From NCBI GenBank assembly GCA_034780895.1, contig JAUZTB010000066.1, forward strand, positions 11,781,342 to 11,845,152: 63,811 bases of DNA, given 5' to 3'. Under the pieces are notes generated by a model. The model was not told the origin of the DNA. It saw only the letters and a program-made list of their open reading frames with translations, and did not search any database. The stretch's first letter is position 1, and every line of letters begins with the position of its first letter. Both the position numbers and the translations under genes were made by a program. This stretch comes from Rhynchobatus australiae. Taxonomy: Eukaryota. Below are positions 25,439-37,210 of this stretch, in pieces.

Positions 25439-27281
25439 GTGAGCAAATTATTTATTTCCAAATCACTAATAACCAGGCTTCTGCAAAATCAGAGCAATTA
25501 TATTGGTTTTTAATTTCAGTTTTATAATTTGTTAACCTCTTAATAATTAACTCTCATCATATAATGTCACTGTGATCTGTCATAATTCACATGCCTGAAT
25601 GACAGATGTTTGCACCTCAAATCTATTCCAACATGTATTGAACATTATTCGAGGCAGCTGCATACTGCTCTGTGTGAAAACGAGTTTCTCTGTTATAATG
25701 TTGTAAGAATTCTGTGCAGATTATACATTGTACTTCAAATTTAGTCTTTGTAAGTAATTAAGCCAGTCAGATAGAAAAAAGTAAAATTTCTTGCTGTAGT
25801 GCCTTTCAAGACCGTAATACAATTAGAAAGATGATATTAGTTAAGTTAAGGATTCATATGCAGCCTTGACTTGATTTGTTGAGCATTAAAACCATTAATA
25901 TTGAAATGCTGGACACCAGGAAAGAATGCTACCAACACTTCTCTATTATCAAAATTTCTTGAGATTAAAATGTAATTGCTATGGGAATAGGGTCCAATTA
26001 TTTGGACTNNNNNNNNNNNNNNNNNNNNNNNNNNNNNNNNNNNNNNNNNNNNNNNNNNNNNNNNNNNNNNNNNNNNNNNNNNNNNNNNNNNNNNNNNNNN
26101 NNNNNNNNNNNNNNNNNNNNNNNNNNNNNNNNNNNNNNNNNNNNNNNNNNNNNNNNNNNNNNNNNNNNNNNNNNNNNNNNNNNNNNNNNNNNNNNNNNNN
26201 NNNNNNNNNNNNNNNNNNNNNNNNNNNNNNNNNNNNNNNNNNNNNNNNNNNNNNNNNNNNNNNNNNNNNNNNNNNNNNNNNNNNNNNNNNNNNNNNNNNN
26301 NNNNNNNNNNNNNNNNNNNNNNNNNNNNNNNNNNNNNNNNNNNNNNNNNNNNNNNNNNNNNNNNNNNNNNNNNNNNNNNNNNNNNNNNNNNNNNNNNNNN
26401 NNNNNNNNNNNNNNNNNNNNNNNNNNNNNNNNNNNNNNNNNNNNNNNNNNNNNNNNNNNNNNNNNNNNNNNNNNNNNNNNNNNNNNNNNNNNNNNNNNNN
26501 NNNNNNNNNNNNNNNNNNNNNNNNNNNNNNNNNNNNNNNNNNNNNNNNNNNNNNNNNNNNNNNNNNNNNNNNNNNNNNNNNNNNNNNNNNNNNNNNNNNN
26601 NNNNNNNNNNNNNNNNNNNNNNNNNNNNNNNNNNNNNNNNNNNNNNNNNNNNNNNNNNNNNNNNNNNNNNNNNNNNNNNNNNNNNNNNNNNNNNNNNNNN
26701 NNNNNNNNNNNNNNNNNNNNNNNNNNNNNNNNNNNNNNNNNNNNNNNNNNNNNNNNNNNNNNNNNNNNNNNNNNNNNNNNNNNNNNNNNNNNNNGGTTTT
26801 AAAACAGAGTCTGGTTAGTGCATGGTTCATGAAGATCAGAAAATTCATGTGACAAGTGTGGAGAGGGAAATGTGGGGTTGGTATGCTTTCCAAAACATAC
26901 AAAGGCCAATTGCAAAAAAATGATAGAATTTCTTTGGAAAGTGGAGACTCCTCTTGAACTATTTCCTGAAGTGTTCTGCATTTAAGTCCTGACAGTTTCA
27001 ATGTATCAGTCAATGGGAAAAGTACCTGATAAATCAAAAATGTTGTATTCTTCCTAGGATTGAATAACAATAAGAAACTGAGTTAATTATCTAATTTTCT
27101 CTTTTATTAACATTGCACTAATCACTTTGGTAGTTTTTCAGAAATTGTAAACTGGAATTCAGCATGTTGAGAAGAGATGTCACAATGCAGCTTACATAAA
27201 GTAGTTCTGGGATAAGTCTTGTACGCTATGCTGTGCCATTTTATTTCATTTTGTAATTGTTCATTTACTTCATCACTTTAG

Positions 27282-27298
27282 GTGTAGGAGTATACACT
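27282..27298 (+). CDS. SYNRG: SYNRG exon start (GVGVYT...), remainder hidden in N gap 27299-27366
   Basis: ctttAG|GTGTAGGAGTATACACT then Ns; corresponds to the GVGVFP...WIYNESLVP exon that precedes the EH domain. Confidence 0.8.
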
Positions 27299-27926
27299 NN
27301 NNNNNNNNNNNNNNNNNNNNNNNNNNNNNNNNNNNNNNNNNNNNNNNNNNNNNNNNNNNNNNNNNNNGACTTTGTGTTTGTTCAGATCTCCAGATGAAAG
27401 TAGTTAATGTGATTGTTTTCGCAGTTTCATTGCACTCCTGTCTACTTTTCATTCACTTTTTGAAAAATGGTACTGCAGGGCAACCATTTTTTTGCCCTTC
27501 ATTAATTGTCCATTGGATGGTGGTGATGAAGCATTATTTTGAAATACTGCAGTCCGAGTGAAGATACTCTTGCACTGATGTTTGGCAGGGAGCTTAAGAA
27601 TTTAGACCCTATATATTTTTATTATGTATTTAAACACTTCAACTGTTAATGTATTTTAGGAAATACAGTTTTACTCAAGTAAGCTAATTATACAGTAAGT
27701 TAACTCAGATTTTGTAAACATTGCTGTATTTTCTTATTGTAAATTCCTCTTAAATCTCTCCATTTCTTTTAATTCACCTCAGTAATAGTAATATAACTGA
27801 GTATGGTTGTTGAGTGGTGGGTATAGGATGGAACTCTTGATGAAAAATAGAGCAACAAGTCTTGGAAAAGATATTTGGAATAGTTCAAATACATTCTTGT
27901 AAATGTACAAAATAATGTTCCAACAG

Positions 27927-28123
27927 AACTCTACAAGAAAGTTCTTGAAGTCACTCTCACCCCTGTGGGCATTGATACAGCAAAACTTTATCCTATTCTT
28001 CTCTCGTCCGGATTACCCAGAGAGATGCTGGGTCAGATATGGGCTTTTGCTAATCGAGCAACACCCGGCAAACTTACGAAAGAGGAGCTGTATACTGTAT
28101 TGGCTATGATAGCCATGTCACAG
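27927..28123 (+). CDS. SYNRG: SYNRG EH-domain exon (LYKKVLEVTLTPVGIDTAKLYPILLSSGLPREMLGQIWAFANRATPGKLTKEELYTVLAMIAMSQ)
   Basis: caacAG|AACTCTAC...TCACAG|GTattg; 197 nt; EH-domain signature SGLPxxxLxQIW. Confidence 0.97.
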
Positions 28124-28787
28124 GTATTGCAACATTGTTAATTTTCCATTATTAATTATTTACCTTCAATGATCTGGATTATTTTATAATTTTCAAATTA
28201 TCACCTTGTTACAGAATGCATAAATATAAATCGTAGTAGGTGATGGCTGAATGCATTCCGGTCTGCAAATCTGCAGAGAAGATGATGGATATTTGGAAGG
28301 GATAGAGCTGGTTATGTGATTGAGGAGTTCAAAAGAATCTTAAGTATCTCAGAACTGACTACCAGCACCTTATGAATATATTATTGGGATTGTTTAAAGA
28401 CTTTGTTGAGTGCATGTATAATGAAGCCTATGGATTTTCTCCCACCTCCCAGAGCATTTATAATCCCAATTTCTCATGGTGTTTAAACTTTATCAATAAC
28501 ATGCAAAAAAAACCTCAGGAAATAACTGGTTTTCCTTTTAAAAATATAACATTTGTAATACAGAAAATCGCTGGCAGAAGCCTCAATTGACAGAAGGTAT
28601 TTACAAACATTGGGTTATCAAATTAATAGTACCCTTAGGTGTGTAAAATATGTGTTCAATAAGCAAGTGAATATAATCGGAAACTTCATATTTCTTGGTT
28701 GATTGTAGGGTAGCTAACATATAAATTGGTTAACATCTGTATATGCTTTTGATTCTACATTGTAATAGTTAGTGTTTTTTTTTCCAG

Positions 28788-29042
28788 AGGGGCATTCCTG
28801 CATTGAATCTTGAAAATCTCAACCAGTTTTCATCTGCTCCTATTCCTACGTTAAGTGCGTTGCCGATGACTTTACCTACTTCAGTTCCACAGCAGCCCAT
28901 GATTTCGGTGCCATCTGGTCCAAGTGCAAGTCTGTCTGTTCAAGCAGGCCAGTCTGTGGTAGGAATGGATCTTCCTGCACCAGTGGGTGGCAGCACAGTC
29001 CCAGTTTCCAGCGGTTTTGTGGCATCTTTTCCTGCCAGCCAG
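28788..29042 (+). CDS. SYNRG: SYNRG exon (RGIPALNLENLNQFSSAPIPTLS...SFPASQ)
   Basis: ttccAG|AGGGGC...AGCCAG|GTaaca; 255 nt, phase 0-0. Confidence 0.94.
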
Positions 29043-30398
29043 GTAACAGTGTTATTAAAACAGTAAGTTCATGATGTAGAACAAAATATTAACCGAAGCA
29101 CATGGTACTTCTGTGATTGAGAGTTAGATATGGAAGTACAATAAATTATTAACTTAATCAAAAAATAGTACTGAGACTATCAGCTGCCACCTTCTGTTAT
29201 CACAGCATTAACAGCACCTATACACTCTATGTCTGCATAGTGCTTTCTCATTCATAAAACAATTACCTCTCTAATGCAATGCACCCAGAGATATCTAATA
29301 AAAGGGAAGGGGTTTTAATATCTTTTAATAGTCAGCTGGCTGAAACGAAAATACATTTGCAAAGATACTCTGCAAAAATAGCAAAAAGATGAACCTGCAT
29401 TCTTATAATCATCAATGAGAAAGATGTAATGAGAAGCACCATCCAGCCATTGCCTTAGTGAATAATGAGGATTTTCTCTCCATGGTGCTATTGATTATAT
29501 ACCAGCTTCTGCATTATTTCCAAATTGTGATGTTGTGCAAATGTAGAGCATTGATGGAGCTCCATGAGCTGGTTGGTAACTTCAGGTTAGCATTCAGCAA
29601 TCCAACTCCCAGTCAATGATTTTTCTCAACAGTTTGAAAGTTCTCTCTTCGCATTTTTGACCTCGTGTTGGAAATAGTTCTTAAGGCACCATCAACCATC
29701 CGGAACCTAGCCTAAGTCCACATTTTACTGTGCGAACAGGAGATAGTAAGTTTGATCCCGATACAGGACAATCCCATCCTCATGGTAATATTATCAGTAT
29801 CCTGTTTGTGTTCACATTTACCTCCACTTTCTCTTATTGGATAGTGAACAGGGTTTGAGGATCCTCATTGATCTTGCTCTCTTTTCTCTACCACCATATT
29901 TTATAATCCATTTTTACTTTATTGAACTTATATTTTTATATTTTGAGTTGCAAAACTGTCTTTTTTTTTACTGATTGGTGATGCTCTTGCAGAATAATAA
30001 TTTCAAGTTAGTCACAGAGTAGATTGACTCAATGTTGTATGTAGTCTGTAAGCAAATCAATATTCTTATGCTAATGTTTTTGTTTAAACCCTTTTAATAC
30101 ATGCATTTTTGAATAGAAATTAGAAATAGTTACTAGAACTGTTAACGGATCAGATAAAAGCTATTTATTGTAAGTACTAGTAGGAATTCTTAGACTTTCC
30201 CATAAAAATTGAGACCCATCAGTTGTAAGAATTGTATGGATTAGTGGCTTGTACTTAGTTATTAAGGTTCAAAGGCAGAATTTTGTAGGTGCTGGAAATC
30301 TAAAATAGAAACTGATTTCTATGCAGGTGCTGTAGTTTTGTTCAATATAAGGATTATCTTCCTGGATGTCAGTGCTGCAGTTTCTAGTCTCTGCATTC

Positions 30399-31035
30399 TG
30401 GGTGGTGATGCAGCAGTTAATGCAGCTGCTTCGCATCTCCAGGGACCCACATTCAATTCTGACCTTGGCTGTTGTCTGCATAGAGTCTGTAAGATCTGAG
30501 GGCACAGCCTCAGAGTAAAGGGATGTCCCTTTAAAACTGAGATGAGGAATTTCTTCAGCCAGAGAATGGTGAATCAGTAGAATTCATTGCCACAGAGGGC
30601 TGTGGAGGCCAAGTCATTGGGTGTAATTAAGGCAGAGATTGATGGGTTCTTGATTGGTAAGGATGTTAAGGGTTACAGGGAGAAGGTGGGAGAAAGGGGT
30701 TGAGAAAAAAATCAGCCATGATTAAATGGTAGAGCAGACTCGATGGGCTGAATGGCCTAATTCTGTTCCTATATCTTATGGTCTTATGGCATATTCTCCC
30801 ATAACTGTGAAGATTTTTTTCCGGGTCTCTCAATTTCCTCCTAGAATTAATATATCAGCGAAGATGTGCTGATATATTAATTGGCTAAAAGAATCAAAAG
30901 GGGAAGTTGAAAGCCTGTGAGAGGCACTGAGTTGCAGGTCTACAGGATGTGGAAGATTGTGATTGATGGGATTTCTCTGCTGGCAGCCAGTATGAACATG
31001 ATGGGCTGCATGGTCCTCTCCTGTGTCTTAATAAA
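30399..31035 (+). mobile_element. Old V-SINE split by a younger CR1 3' fragment (about 30491-30789)
   Basis: SINE head up to ...gtctgcatagagtctgt, then a CR1 3' end with a tcttatggtcttatgg tail, then the SINE core resumes at catattctccc. Confidence 0.8.
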
Positions 31036-31314
31036 TATAATCAAGCTGGAAGTCTTGTGAGGATTAAATTACTGATTCATGATGATGCTTCGAAGGGACA
31101 TTTTAAATGTTGTTTGTAGTTATTTCTAGTTATTTGTTTGGCTGAAGGACACACGAGGCATAAAGTTGCAGTGTGATAATTTTGGCAGTGTAGGTCAAGT
31201 GAATAAAGTTCAAGTTGTGCATAAAAGAAAAGTGCAATATGATATATTAGCAGAGACAAAACATTATTGTTAAGATTAAGCATATCACAAGATTAAAACC
31301 TTTCCTTTATCTAG

Positions 31315-31454
31315 GCTGCAAAATCTGATGATGATGACTTCCAGGATTTTCAGGAGGCTCCTAAGCCCAATGCAACTGATGATTCATTCAAGGGATTCAA
31401 GGGTGAAGCATCTGGAACTTTATCAAAAGCATCAAACTCACAAACTGCAGTCAG
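31315..31454 (+). CDS. SYNRG: SYNRG exon with DDDDFQDFQ gamma-ear-binding motif
   Basis: atctAG|GCTGCAAAATCTGATGATGATGACTTCCAGGATTTTCAG...GTCAG|GTttga; 140 nt. Confidence 0.94.
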
Positions 31455-31779
31455 GTTTGAATTATTGTCGTGCATATCCTACACTCATTTCTTCTCTACT
31501 TTGACTTCTTCAAAAATTATACTGGCAGTCTTGTTGAAATCCTGTTTTCAGAAACCTAAACCTATTGATAAATTGAGAGCCGTTGAGAGCAGTGTTTGCT
31601 AATAATAATATTCATTCTCAAAATGAATGATATGCACGTGCCAAAACTTAATAAAGTTGTCTTTGTAGAATCAGAGTTAAATGGTGATGATCAATGAGGT
31701 GAAGATATTTAAAGATGTATTAAAATGCAATGTAAAAACAGTAGATTTTATGTTAAGAAGAACTAAGTGATGGCCTTCA

Positions 31780-32790
31780 AATGATCCATTGTAATTGGGT
31801 GGGGTGGCAAAAAGACCCCTTAACACAAAGGCTACATTTGACTAATGATAGAACCAAGGAATCGCTCGAGACATTGAAGTCACTGAGAATCAAGGAGGAA
31901 ATGGTTTCATTTCCTGGAGTCTTTCTTAACACAAACACATCCTGGGTGGTTGTGGAAGCCAGTCGTTTCATTCCCATGATTTTGATGTAGGCGTTTCTCA
32001 GGGCAACGTCCGGGGTCAAATAATCTCCAGCTTCTTCAATAACCTTGTCTTAGACAAAAATAGGATTGTTTGTTGCTGATTGTGCAGACTTCCATTCTGT
32101 TGCAACTCTGCATATAACAAAACAGATCATTGCTCTGTTCTGTACAAGTGTTTGGCAGTGAACATTTCCAAAATCAGTGAGAATCTAACCACCTCGTTAG
32201 GTTTTCAGTCACTTACCAGAAAGTTAACTGGAACACTTATATTAATACAGTGGCTACATCAGATTAGAGTTTGGTTGCTCTGTGGTAATTCCCCAAAGTA
32301 TTAACGCCATCTGCAATATTTGTCTGGAGTGTGATAGAATGCTGTCCATTTGCCTGGATAAGTGCAGTTCCAACAACACACGAGAAGCTCTACACCATTC
32401 GGGACAAAGCAATTGTCAAAGTTGTACCCACTCCTTCATCCTGAATGCCCCTTCCCTCCACCATTTGTACTGTGACTCAATGCACACAGCAACCTGAAAG
32501 TCTCTTTCAGCACATTCAAAAGCTGAAAACTCTACCATGTAGAAGAACAGTGGCGTATAGAAAAGCTATACCTGGATATTCCCTTCTAAGTTCTGTGTCA
32601 CCTTGAAGTTAAAATATTTTGCTATTCATCCTCCCTTCCTGGGGCCAAGTACTGAACTCCCTGTGAAGCAACACTGTGAGAAGGCCACCTCCACAAGGGC
32701 GTCAGTGGTTCAAATAGGCAATTTATAGTAGCTTCTTGAGGGCAGTTGAGGGTGGGCATTAATACTGGCGATGTCAACCATACACCCTGC
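31780..32790 (+). mobile_element. Ancient LINE remnant (CR1/L2 group) sharing its 3' tail with the SacSINE1-like SINEs
   Basis: ggcgtttctcagggcaacgtccggggtc resembles GVPQGSVLGP; 3' tail similar to about 14770-14950. Confidence 0.55.
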
Positions 32791-33476
32791 AGAGGAATTA
32801 GCCAGATTTCTATTCATTGAAACTAATGATGTCAAATTTGATATGAAATCTCAATTATTGAACCAAATTCAAAAATAATTTTGTTGTGATTAATGACTAT
32901 TGAATTGGGCCAGGATAGGGGATCTTCCTTTGTTCCCTTTAAAATAGGATTTGTTATCCTCTTGTCAGATGTGTGTAGTCACTTGTGGAATCTGTGCTAG
33001 CAATGAACTAACAATCATAAATAATAGGTAATGGTCATTACTTGTGGAAAAAATAGCTTTTCAATGCATCATCTAAGTAATAATACCCATTAATATGTAG
33101 ACTATATTGTGTAAATTATACACAAGCATCTGATATTTTATGGTAGTGACTTCTTTAGCATGAGCAAATTTTGCTGTTTTCTTATTGCCATTATTCAGAG
33201 CATAGATATTTTCTTATCCCTTGACTGTCAAAGGATGGTACGATGATGTTGCTTTCTGGAGTGCAGTCTCTGTGTAAGTGAAAGGGGGCATCTTTTAAAA
33301 TGTTATGGATTTAAACTGACACTTGGGTACTTCTAGATGAAATTACATGCCTTAACTGGAGAGACTTATTGGTTTTGTTGTAACACTGTAGAAAAATAAA
33401 ACAATTGTGGCAGTTCTTCCAGCATTGGTTTGTGAACAGTGATGGTTGAAATAGTTTTGTGAATTCTGTCTTTCAG

Positions 33477-33592
33477 TGCACATACTTTACTGACGCCAAT
33501 TTCAGGAACCTCTGCATCGTCTTCAGTGGATAAATATGCAGTCTTTAAAGACTTGACAGAAGACAAACCTGCAGAAAGTTCATCATTTGCAG
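33477..33592 (+). CDS. SYNRG: SYNRG exon (AHTLLTPISGTSASSSVDKYAVFKDLTEDKPAESSSFA)
   Basis: tttcAG|TGCACAT...TTTGCAG|GTataa; 116 nt; DKYAVFK motif. Confidence 0.93.
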
Positions 33593-34249
33593 GTATAAAA
33601 GACTACCTTAAGGGATATCTGCATTTTTATTCTGAGCTTTGGAAAAAATATAATAAATGGAATTCTACTCACAAATTACTGCGAATACAGATATGTATAA
33701 AGTAACACACACTTATCCATTTATTTGCATTTTCAGCTATACAAATTAAGTTGCAATGCACATCAAAGATTTTTTTAAATCAAAAACAAGTATGCTGTTA
33801 TGTATGTGAATACATTTGCTAAATACTTCTAGTCTCAAATTTCAATTTGACTTGTCAGGAAATGCCAGTTAAAGGTTACTCAGCTTTTGTTATCCGGTAT
33901 GATATAATTGCTGGAGGAACTCAGTGGGTCATGAAGGTAATGATCAATGTTTCAGATCAAGACCCTGCATCAGAAGTTCTTCCAACAGCTTTTTGCTCCA
34001 TTTTCCAGCATCTGCTGTCTCTTGTATCTCCATGCTATTTAATAGATCCAATTCTTTCATTTTCTTTTGGAATGGGCAATGCCTTGTTCTTCCTACTCAG
34101 TGTTCCAGGTCATTCTGCCACCTAACCAATTCGTTTGCCAAAAGGCATTCGAGAGGTGTCTGGTAAATGTGATATCTAACAAGGGGATAGGGAAAGAAAT
34201 TGAACTTGTATAGTACCTATCATGACCTGATTGCTGTTGTACTTTTTTT

Positions 34250-36060
34250 GTTTAATTTGGCCATTCGTGTAAAGTAATGCATCATGAACTAGCTGCTCAT
34301 GAACATCTAGAAACCAAATTAGGAAGCAGAGTCTCTAACCTAATCTCTACTTTTACTTGAGCTGCATGCAAATAAGCATGGGGCAAATTAGGTTAGGGAA
34401 AAGAACATGTGGCTCAAGAGCCTGGTCTGTTTAAAGTCGGTTCAGATTCTTGGGATGCTGACATCTGTAATGGGAAAAGTGGGAGCTGAACCATTAAGCT
34501 GGTCTATACCTGAACCATGCTGGGACCTGTATTGCAGTGACCCACATAACTAGAGAGATGATTTTAATTGAAATAGAGGAGTCAAGGAGTCAAAGTTGGA
34601 AAATAACAGGAAACCAAAGAGTGGAGACGAGCTGAGAGAGAAATAGATTAATATAGGAAATATTAAGCAGACTATGATGGGAAGGGATCGAGGGCACAAA
34701 TCTAAGAATAAACCAGCATATAGAAGGCCTGTGTTTGCAATAAAGGCAAAATGTATCTGAGTGCATGTGGCATTTGAAACAAACCAGATGAGCCAAGAGC
34801 ATAAAAGGAAATAAATATGATCTGGGAATCATAACCAAGATGGGACGGTACAGATAGGGACCTGAATATTAAAAGCTACGTGACATTCAGGAAGGAGAAG
34901 AAGCAAGGAGGAGATGGAAGAGTGACTCTGTTAATTAATGATGGTCTTAGTGCAAAAGAGCAGGATGACCCAAGTTCCGGAAAAGAGTTTGATGGAGATG
35001 AGAAATAATAAAAGGCAGGAAGATACAGACCCACATCAGAGCAGAAAATAAAAGTAGAAATAACAGGAGCTTGTCAGTAAGGTATGGAGGTAATCAGGAG
35101 GGATTTTAATCTATATATGGAATGGAGATAGTATCAAACAAAGTTAAAAATAGTATCATCCTTAAGAAGCATATGATTGTGCAAAGGTGGGTGGCAGGTC
35201 AGAAGGTTGGATCAAATCTTAAAAACAGCAAGAATGACTAATAGATTAATAAGAAAGGAAAACTTAGAGTACAAGGCAAAATTAGCTAGAGACTTGGATC
35301 GTTGGAACTTCTATGGAAGTAGCTCTAAATCAAGTATTGTAAGGGAGAAAGGAACTCTAGGAAAATTACTATCATGAGGGAAGTGATAACTCAGGCTGGC
35401 GAGTCTCCAAGTCCTGATGGACTTCATCCTAGAAATGGCTAACGAGAGATTTGATGTATTGGTTTTAATTTTGCAAACTTCACTAGATTTGAAAAAGGTT
35501 CTATTGGACTGGAAAAGAGTGATGTAACCCCTTTATTCAGGGAGGAAGACAGAAAGCAGAAAACTACAGGCCTGTTTGCTTAACATCTGTCAAAGGGAAC
35601 ATGTTAGAAGGTATTATTTAGTACTTAGAAAAATTCAAGGCAAGGTCACTGTTTATTTTTGAATATAATATCTTGTTTGACCAATTTATTGAAGTTTCTT
35701 AAAGAAGTAATGTGCTGTGGATTATCTATACTTAGATTTCCAAAAGACATTTGATAAGGTGCTGCATCAGAAGTTATTGTGGAAGATAAAAAGTTATGTA
35801 GGAGATAACATATTGGTGTGGGTAAAAGATTAGCTGACTTAACAGGAAACAGAGTAGGCATATCTGGTATAGTTGCTGAATTTTGATGACAAAAAAAGTT
35901 AGAAAAGCAAGCTGTGAAAAGAACATAAGGAGGCTACAAAGGGATAGAGATAGGTTAAGTGAGTGGGCAGAGATCTGGCAAATTAAATATGTGGGAAAAT
36001 GAAATTATTCATTTTGTCAAGAAAAATAAATTGAAGTCTATCATGTAACTGTTGAGAGAT
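34250..36060 (+). mobile_element. Degenerate, internally deleted CR1-like LINE
   Basis: Endonuclease start similar to 855-1100; SPSPDGLHPR, ENYRPVCLTSV and YLDFPK.FDKV remnants of CR1 ORF2. Confidence 0.75.
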
Positions 36061-36291
36061 TACAAAGGGATAACAAGTAAAACTGCAGATGCTGGAATCT
36101 AAAGCAAAAGTAGAAATGCTAGAAGAACTCAACTAGTCAAGCAGCATCCACAGAAAGAAAACCCAGTCAAAGGTTTGGGATCAGCGAACCTTCTTCAGAA
36201 GAGTGAGAAGAGTGAAAGTTTTACGGTTTTCAGAGTAGAACTATTTTTCTGTAGCTGAGGGGAAAAATTGACTATGTTTGAACTTTTTTAG

Positions 36292-36354
36292 ATTTTGGTN
36301 NNNNNNNNAGTGTGTTTCGGGAGCTTGGTCAGAGCACAGAGAGCAAATCCTCAG
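36292..36354 (+). CDS. SYNRG: SYNRG 63-nt symmetric exon (DFG[xxx]SVFRELGQSTESKSS)
   Basis: ttttAG|ATTTTGGT-9N-AGTGTGTTTCGGGAGCTT...TCAG|GTgagt; the 9 Ns keep frame where DKY is expected. Confidence 0.88.
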
Positions 36355-36914
36355 GTGAGTAGACATTGAACACTATATATAACCACCCTTGCATGTAATA
36401 GCTAAGGCTATTCCTTTTATCCTAAGAGTAAGCTGAGTGTAAATTGTGAATTATGTACTTAAAGTATGTAGACTTGCTTGTCACTCTACAATTCCTTTCT
36501 GAAATGGTTCTTCTCCAAGTTCATGCCTCATCAAGTTTGTTAACAGGATGGTCCAGATTGTGACCAACATTGAGATCAATCTAGAAGCCTCTGTGTTCAT
36601 TGCAGTGACCAGGTTGCAAAGAGATACTCACCTGGTCACAAGGAACCAAGTTGGTTTAAAATGATGCAGAGTCACAAACAAGTGAAAATATATTGAATGA
36701 ACAAGTAAAATGCAGAATGTTGCATAGATATTAGTTGATTAAGCAGTTCTCTTTATATTTGATTTTTTTTTATTTGTGCATTTATTTCTCGTTGCAGTTA
36801 AATTTGCTATAATATTTCTGCTTGCCAGTTTTGTTTAGACAGGAAATTGAGGGACAGGGGTATGTTATTTGATCTTCCAAAGTACTATGCCAGATAATGG
36901 TCTGAAAAAACATA

Positions 36915-37210
36915 ATGAACAACTTGGCCCTTCCACCTATCACCTCCCAGCTTCTTGCATCATTCCCACTCTCCCTCTCCACCAATTGCCTATCTGCCCC
37001 CTCTCATCTGGATTCATCTATCACCTGCCAGCTCTTGCTCCCTCCCCCCTCTTCCTACCCTCTGATACTGACTTCTCCCCTCTTCCCAGTCCTGATGAAG
37101 GGTCTCTGAAACGTCAACTGTTTATTTCCCTCCATAGATGCTGCCTGACCCGCTAAGTTCCTCCAGCATTTTGTGTGTTGCTCCAGATTTCCAGCATCTG
37201 CAGTCTTTCT
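36915..37210 (+). mobile_element. Penelope-like 3' terminal segment
   Basis: cacctatcacctcccagc...cctgatgaagggtctc...ccatagatgctgcctgacc...ccagcatctgcagtc; reverse copy at about 36075-36200. Confidence 0.7.

Noticed and set aside
25926-27070. Long ORFs in the track (273-363 aa), and similar ones at 16.8, 52.3 and 59.4 kb
   Set aside because: They are open only because they run through N gaps.
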